A model generated the notes under the pieces. That model had not been told where the DNA came from, searched no databases, and saw nothing but the letters and a program-made list of their open reading frames with translations. From Aureliella sp. (GTDB lineage: Bacteria; Planctomycetota; Planctomycetia; Pirellulales; Pirellulaceae): a stretch of 64,000 bases of DNA. The DNA is taken from the NCBI GenBank assembly GCA_963691875.1, contig OY829846.1, positions 3,264,001-3,328,000 of the forward strand, read 5' to 3'. Shown piece after piece: positions 58,966 through 64,000 of this stretch (positions are counted from its first letter, which is position 1; each line of letters begins with the position of its first letter). Both the position numbers and the translations under genes were made by a program.

Positions 58966-59289
58966 TACAACCCCTTTCGGTCTACGCATCAGATGAGCTT
59001 CGTGGCGGTCAGATTTACGGCCACGCAGATCACGAGTTCATTGTAGGCAAAATCTATTCCCTACGAAGCTGAAAGCTGAGCTTCGGGTAACGCCGCACAC
59101 TAAATTCAGGGCTTCTGTGCCTATCTTGTCGAAAATAACGCAGCGGCAGAGAATGCTAAACAGAGCCGAGTCCCGACCAGGGTGTCAGATTGACCGCTGA
59201 ACGTAGCAAAATTCAGCGTTTTCTGGCCTCAGGGCCGTGCCTGTTCCAACGAAATGGACCTTGAAGCAGAAGAAACCGAGGCGAAAGAG

Positions 59290-59859
59290 ATGCTGGCCAA
59301 AGACATCAAATCGGGCACCGTTGTAGTAGATAATGAAGTTCCGATCATGATTGAATCGGTGACCGTGCAAACGCCTAGCGCCCGAGGAGCTGCCACGCTC
59401 TATGTGTTCAAGGCTCGGAATCTCATTTCAAAGCAGAAGGTGGACCTGAAACTAAAGGGGACCGACAATCTGCCCGAAGCCGATTTTCGCAAGCGGATCG
59501 TCAAGATGATGTACAAGGACAATGATGATCTACACTTGATGGATCAAGAAGACTTCAATCAGTACAGCATTCCATTGTCTGATTGTGAAGAACAGATGAA
59601 GTACATCACCGAAGAGCTCGAAGGCCTCTACGCGCTGATCTACCAAGACGAGTGTGTCGGGTTTCAATTACCCACTTCTGTCGAGCTCAACATAACTCAG
59701 TGTGATCCAGCCATCCGCGGCAACTCGGCTACTGCTCGCACCAAGCCTGCTGAACTGGAAACCGGACTCACGGTTCAAGTGCCCGAGTACATCAAAGAGA
59801 ATGAGAAGATAAAAGTCGATACACGTACTGGTGAATTCCTCTCGCGCGCAAACTCATAG
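59290..59859 (+). CDS. Elongation factor P-like protein (EfpL/YeiP type)
   Basis: Loop TPSARG instead of KPGKG; KPAELETGLTVQVP, KVDTRTGEFLSRA. Confidence 0.92.
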   Translation: MLAKDIKSGTVVVDNEVPIMIESVTVQTPSARGAATLYVFKARNLISKQKVDLKLKGTDNLPEADFRKRIVKMMYKDNDDLHLMDQEDFNQYSIPLSDCEEQMKYITEELEGLYALIYQDECVGFQLPTSVELNITQCDPAIRGNSATARTKPAELETGLTVQVPEYIKENEKIKVDTRTGEFLSRANS

Positions 59860-60340
59860 CTGCTCCAGCAAAGGCATGTCCATCCCATACCTCGGTAGTG
59901 CATGCTACTGCGATTTCGAGACCATCTCTGCTAATTCGCCAAAGGGCGATTTTTCCAGCTCAGGGAGCACCGCTTGTCTGACCGTAAACGCCGCCGTTAT
60001 CGCACACACAATCTTCACCGCTTCTTCATGATTTCTTAACCCATTGCACCGGCAAAAGAACGGGCGTTCCGAGAAAATCGGTCGTCAAAGTTGGAGCTAG
60101 TGCAGAACAGGCCAACGCTTCTGCGAGCGTTAATGTGGGACATAGTTACGTTAGCTTTGTTAGCCACATTTCCGAGAGCGCTGGACCAACTTTTAATGTT
60201 CGATGAAGACACCTCGATTCGTTTCGCAAAGCATTGCTAGTGAACGATTGGTTGTAACAATACAGCCGAATTAAGTTTGCGAAGCGAGGCGGTCACCTCT
60301 CACTTCTGAACATTCGCAATTCCACTCAAGGAAATGAAGG

Positions 60341-61480
60341 TTGAAAAGGAATCATCCTCGCAGCGCTTTCACACTCATCGAATTGCTCGTTGTGATTGCC
60401 GTTATCGGAATTCTCATTGGCTTACTTTTGCCAGCGATCAATCTCGCTCGCAATGCAGCTCGTAGCGCTCAGTGTCAAAACAACCTACGTCAAATGGGAA
60501 TAGGATTCGCAAGCTATTCCACGACTAACGGCGGACGGCTTTGCTCAGGCAATTTTGACTGGGCAGAAGATGGTGCGATCACTGATGTTGGCTGGGTTGC
60601 TGATTTAGTCAACGAAGGCGTCAACGTAGGCGAGATGCGATGCCCATCCAATTTTACTCAGGTCTCACGAGCGATTGAGCAGGCATTAAGCCTAGACGTT
60701 AGTTCTCCCTCCGCATGCATTAGTTACCCCGGAAAAGCAGCACTCAAACAGCCAGATGGGACGTTGTTTTCTGGGCCATGCCGAACGATTTTCGAGAACG
60801 CTGCCGCTTTCTCCCCTGGTAGCGAGCCTAGGCGAGAGCTTGTAGAGCAGGAAATCATCCTGCAGAGCTATAACACGAACTATGGAGCAAGCTGGTATCT
60901 GACCCGTGGCGATGTTGTACTCGATAACGGTACGGGGAATCCGAAACCTAAGAATCCTGCATGTGGTGATAGTATTTTCAGTCGCAACACCACGGTGGGT
61001 CCGTTGCGGCAAAAAGACATCGATGGCTCTCGGCTTGCCAGTTCGGCAATCCCACTCCTCGGGGACATTAAGCCTTTCGACGGCTCGACCCTCTCGATGC
61101 AGCTTGGAGACTTGGAGTCTGGTGAGTTGCTAGCCAACAACATCTTCGGAGCTCCAGCCGCGTTTGATGTCAGTGGTGCAATCACTGTGAATCCGAAGCC
61201 TGGTGCTTCCGGAAAGAATGGCCCTGCCGGCTGGTGGGCGTTTTGGAACAAGCAGGCGCTTTGCGATTACCGTGCCTTATCCCCCGTGCACAGCAATACT
61301 TGTAACGTCCTGATGGCCGATGGTTCGGTCGCTGGACTATCTGATGCAAACAGAGATGGCTTTATCAACAACGGCTTCCCTCATGGTCCCTCAAGCGAAT
61401 TTTTTTCCGACGGTGAGCAAGAGGTTCCGCCCGCTCGACTCATAAGTATCTACAGTCTCAGGTCAGGTCGAAAGAACTGA
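60341..61480 (+). CDS. DUF1559 prepilin-type protein
   Basis: [34 protein letters not shown]-terminal [11 protein letters not shown]. Confidence 0.93.
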   Translation: MKRNHPRSAFTLIELLVVIAVIGILIGLLLPAINLARNAARSAQCQNNLRQMGIGFASYSTTNGGRLCSGNFDWAEDGAITDVGWVADLVNEGVNVGEMRCPSNFTQVSRAIEQALSLDVSSPSACISYPGKAALKQPDGTLFSGPCRTIFENAAAFSPGSEPRRELVEQEIILQSYNTNYGASWYLTRGDVVLDNGTGNPKPKNPACGDSIFSRNTTVGPLRQKDIDGSRLASSAIPLLGDIKPFDGSTLSMQLGDLESGELLANNIFGAPAAFDVSGAITVNPKPGASGKNGPAGWWAFWNKQALCDYRALSPVHSNTCNVLMADGSVAGLSDANRDGFINNGFPHGPSSEFFSDGEQEVPPARLISIYSLRSGRKN

Positions 61481-61716
61481 CTGAAAGGAGGAATCCCCGG
61501 CAAGTCCTTAGTAAAGATCTCAACTTGATCTAACCAGATCTCAAGCCACGCCCGCGTTGTCACGCACTTTGAGTAGGTCATCATTTGCTACTCAAAACAA
61601 GCAAGAAAAAAAGCAGGTCGCAGCTTCGCCCTCGAAAAGGTTCAGCCACGACCCACTCATAACCAACTTTATTTTAAGCAAATTTGCTTAAAACACGAAA
61701 CTGGAGATTTTCAACA

Positions 61717-63009
61717 ATGAAACGTCGTAATGCTTTTACGATTATCGAACTCTTGGTCGTGATCGGCATCATCGCCATCCTAGCCGCTATGCTTTTGCCA
61801 GCTGTTAACCGTGCTCGCGAAAGTGCTCGTAAGGCCTCCTGCCAAAACAACCTGCGTAACATCGGCCTTGGCCTCAACATGTTCGCGGATGTAGACAGCC
61901 AAGCGCGCCTTTGCTCTGGTGCTTCTGACTTCCGTCGTGACGGTTGCATGGACAGCGTCGGATGGGTTGCGGACGTTGTAAACATGAACGCCGGTAACGT
62001 GAATGAAATGATGTGCCCATCGAACCCGCTTCGTGGTTCTGAGAAGCTCAATGACCTTTACGGTAAAGGCACAAGCAATACCAAGGAAGGCACCACCGTT
62101 GCTGACCTTTCCAAGGGTATCTGCGGTGCAGGTATTTTCTCTGGCATCGCTGGTGGTGCTGGTAGCGGCGAATTTGGCGACACTGCAGTGAACACTGCTT
62201 TGCGTGCAAATATTATCGCTCGTGCCTTCATCGAGAAGGGCTACAACACCAACTACGCTGCTGGTTGGCACCTTGTCCGTGGTGGCATCAAGATGTACGA
62301 CGACGGTGGATCCCCTCGGGCTTACCGCACCGGAACCCTCGCTGGTGACCCTAACTGGGCTCCCAAGGGACGAGGCAGCACACTAGGACCAATCAAGCGC
62401 CGCATCCTGGAAACAGGTACTGTTCCTGCTTCCAACATCGCAATTCTTGGTGACGCTGCTCCTGGCGATATCAAGGATGCTGCTTTGGAAGCCACCTTGG
62501 CGTACTTCGAGACTGACCCATGGGGTGTTGCTGCTAACGATGGCCAAAACCGCACCTTCATCGAAGCCGGTGACCTTCTTAGCGAAGCCTTCAATGACGG
62601 TCCTTCGTACTACAACACTGGAGATCAGAAGATTCGTACGATCCCTGTCGACATCGACATGACCACACAGATCAACTGCGAGCGAAACGGCAACTGTGTA
62701 ACTCCAACGTACGCTGATGCAACTTCTGCTGTCACGTTCTTGCAAGACACTCGTGACTGGTTTGCCGTTCACGGCGGTGGATCTGGCGGAACCTGTAACA
62801 TCTTGTTCGCTGACGGTTCGGTTCGTGAATTCTACGACGAAAACCGAGACAAGTTCCTGAACCCAGGATTCCAGATTCCTAAGAGCTTGACGGAAGCTGA
62901 GTACAACCAACTTGGATACCGAGATGGAACTGTCGAGCTACCTCGCGGCGAAGTCTTCAACGGTCTGTTCTTGAACAGCGCTCAAACTAAGAACTCGAAC
63001 TTCGAATAA
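61717..63009 (+). CDS. DUF1559 prepilin-type protein with biased codon usage
   Basis: [53 protein letters not shown] upstream. Confidence 0.93.
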   Translation: MKRRNAFTIIELLVVIGIIAILAAMLLPAVNRARESARKASCQNNLRNIGLGLNMFADVDSQARLCSGASDFRRDGCMDSVGWVADVVNMNAGNVNEMMCPSNPLRGSEKLNDLYGKGTSNTKEGTTVADLSKGICGAGIFSGIAGGAGSGEFGDTAVNTALRANIIARAFIEKGYNTNYAAGWHLVRGGIKMYDDGGSPRAYRTGTLAGDPNWAPKGRGSTLGPIKRRILETGTVPASNIAILGDAAPGDIKDAALEATLAYFETDPWGVAANDGQNRTFIEAGDLLSEAFNDGPSYYNTGDQKIRTIPVDIDMTTQINCERNGNCVTPTYADATSAVTFLQDTRDWFAVHGGGSGGTCNILFADGSVREFYDENRDKFLNPGFQIPKSLTEAEYNQLGYRDGTVELPRGEVFNGLFLNSAQTKNSNFE

Positions 63010-63044
63010 ACCAAGTTTAGTTTGAGAGCCAACTGAATCGAATT

Positions 63045-63086
63045 GCAATGGGCAGGGCGATCTAAACGCCCTGTCTTATTGCTTTT
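63045..63086 (+). terminator. Intrinsic terminator-like hairpin
   Basis: GCAAT-GGGCAGGGCG / CGCCCTGTCT-TATTGC followed by TTTT. Confidence 0.65.
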
Positions 63087-63186
63087 CGAGAAGACGCTTC
63101 GCCAAGGAAGACCACCGAAAGCCGGTGCTGCTATTCCCAAGTTCAGCGGCGACTTTTGTTAGTTTTCTAAGAGCCTAAGAGTAACA

Positions 63187-64000
63187 ATGAAAGTATTCCT
63201 TCAAATACTGGCTGCGATGTTGGTTGGAGGCACCGTCGTTGGCATTATTGCGGCAAATGCGTCGACTCGCCCTTATGTACCCGCGGGACAATTAGAAGCA
63301 GTCGAAGCACATCAAGCAAAGATTCGGCAAGCCTATGCCGAAAGACAGACGCCAGATCACAAACGGCCAATCGCCACTTGTAAAAAAATCGAGCATCATT
63401 TTGGCGTGATGGATCCACTGACGGTTGGACAGTACACGTTCTACATCCAGAACACCGGCAGTGCGATTCTAACGCTCAAAGGTGGCGGAAGTAGTTGCAA
63501 GTGCACGCTGTCAGATCTGAAGGATGCCGTTGTAGCTCCGGGCGAAACCTTCCCAATCCAATTGACATGGAACAGCGGTCACTCTCGTACCGAATTTGAG
63601 CAACTTGCAACCGTCATTACCAATGACGATTTGAACGAAGAAATTCAACTTGTTGTTCGTGGCGAAGTACGATCAGTACTATCTACTTATCCGAAGTCTA
63701 TCCAGCTGGGACGTCTGAGCCCTGAAGCGCAATCCAGCAAGCATTTCACGCTCTACTCGCAAGTCTGGAAAGATATGGAGATCGTTGATATCGAGTCTTC
63801 TGATCCGCACTTTTCAATACGCCAACTAGAGCGTGGATTCGACGGTTCCGTAGCCGTGGATGATGAAATCCTCAAGTCGTCGGTGAAGAAAACGTTCGCG
63901 GTCGATTTTGATGGCGAGTCGCCACGTGGAGAGGTGGGAGGGCGCATTCGTGTGCGTGTTCGCCCACCTGCCGAGTGGATCGAATCGAACCGGTCTGCCC
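63187..64000 (+). CDS. DUF1573-domain protein (runs off window)
   Basis: Manual translation: MKVFLQILAAMLVGG..HHFGVMDP..FYIQNTGSAILTL..SSCKCT..VAPGE..VITND. Confidence 0.85.
   Translation, partial: MKVFLQILAAMLVGGTVVGIIAANASTRPYVPAGQLEAVEAHQAKIRQAYAERQTPDHKRPIATCKKIEHHFGVMDPLTVGQYTFYIQNTGSAILTLKGGGSSCKCTLSDLKDAVVAPGETFPIQLTWNSGHSRTEFEQLATVITNDDLNEEIQLVVRGEVRSVLSTYPKSIQLGRLSPEAQSSKHFTLYSQVWKDMEIVDIESSDPHFSIRQLERGFDGSVAVDDEILKSSVKKTFAVDFDGESPRGEVGGRIRVRVRPPAEWIESNRSA

Overview
Bacterial chromosomal window with planctomycete (probably Pirellulaceae) hallmarks: DUF1559 prepilin-like genes, a DUF1592/DUF1552 pair, a sulfatase and an 'EERLALSA' export motif. Intact genes include rsmE (partial), an ExeA-like ATPase, S8 and S9 peptidases, MMPL and RarD transporters, ruvX, a pentaheme cytochrome c, larC, bioB, recG, btaAB (betaine lipids), a contiguous menFDHBACE cluster and an EfpL-type EF-P. 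I saw no rRNA, tRNA, CRISPR array or transposase. Main points: (1) a stand-alone gene with high-expression-type codon bias whose product fuses two AP2-like domains to a histone-H1-like KKAAPKK tail, a candidate nucleoid-condensing protein; (2) a collapsed RNA-repair operon (RNA ligase fused by deletion to the end of a kinase gene) overlapping an RluA-like gene that lacks the catalytic Asp; (3) menB with no canonical start, probably ATT; (4) a frameshifted GxxExxY gene bracketed by inverted repeats; (5) five pseudogenes that the ORF track misses or shows only as fragments. Family calls come from motif recognition by eye; no searches were run.
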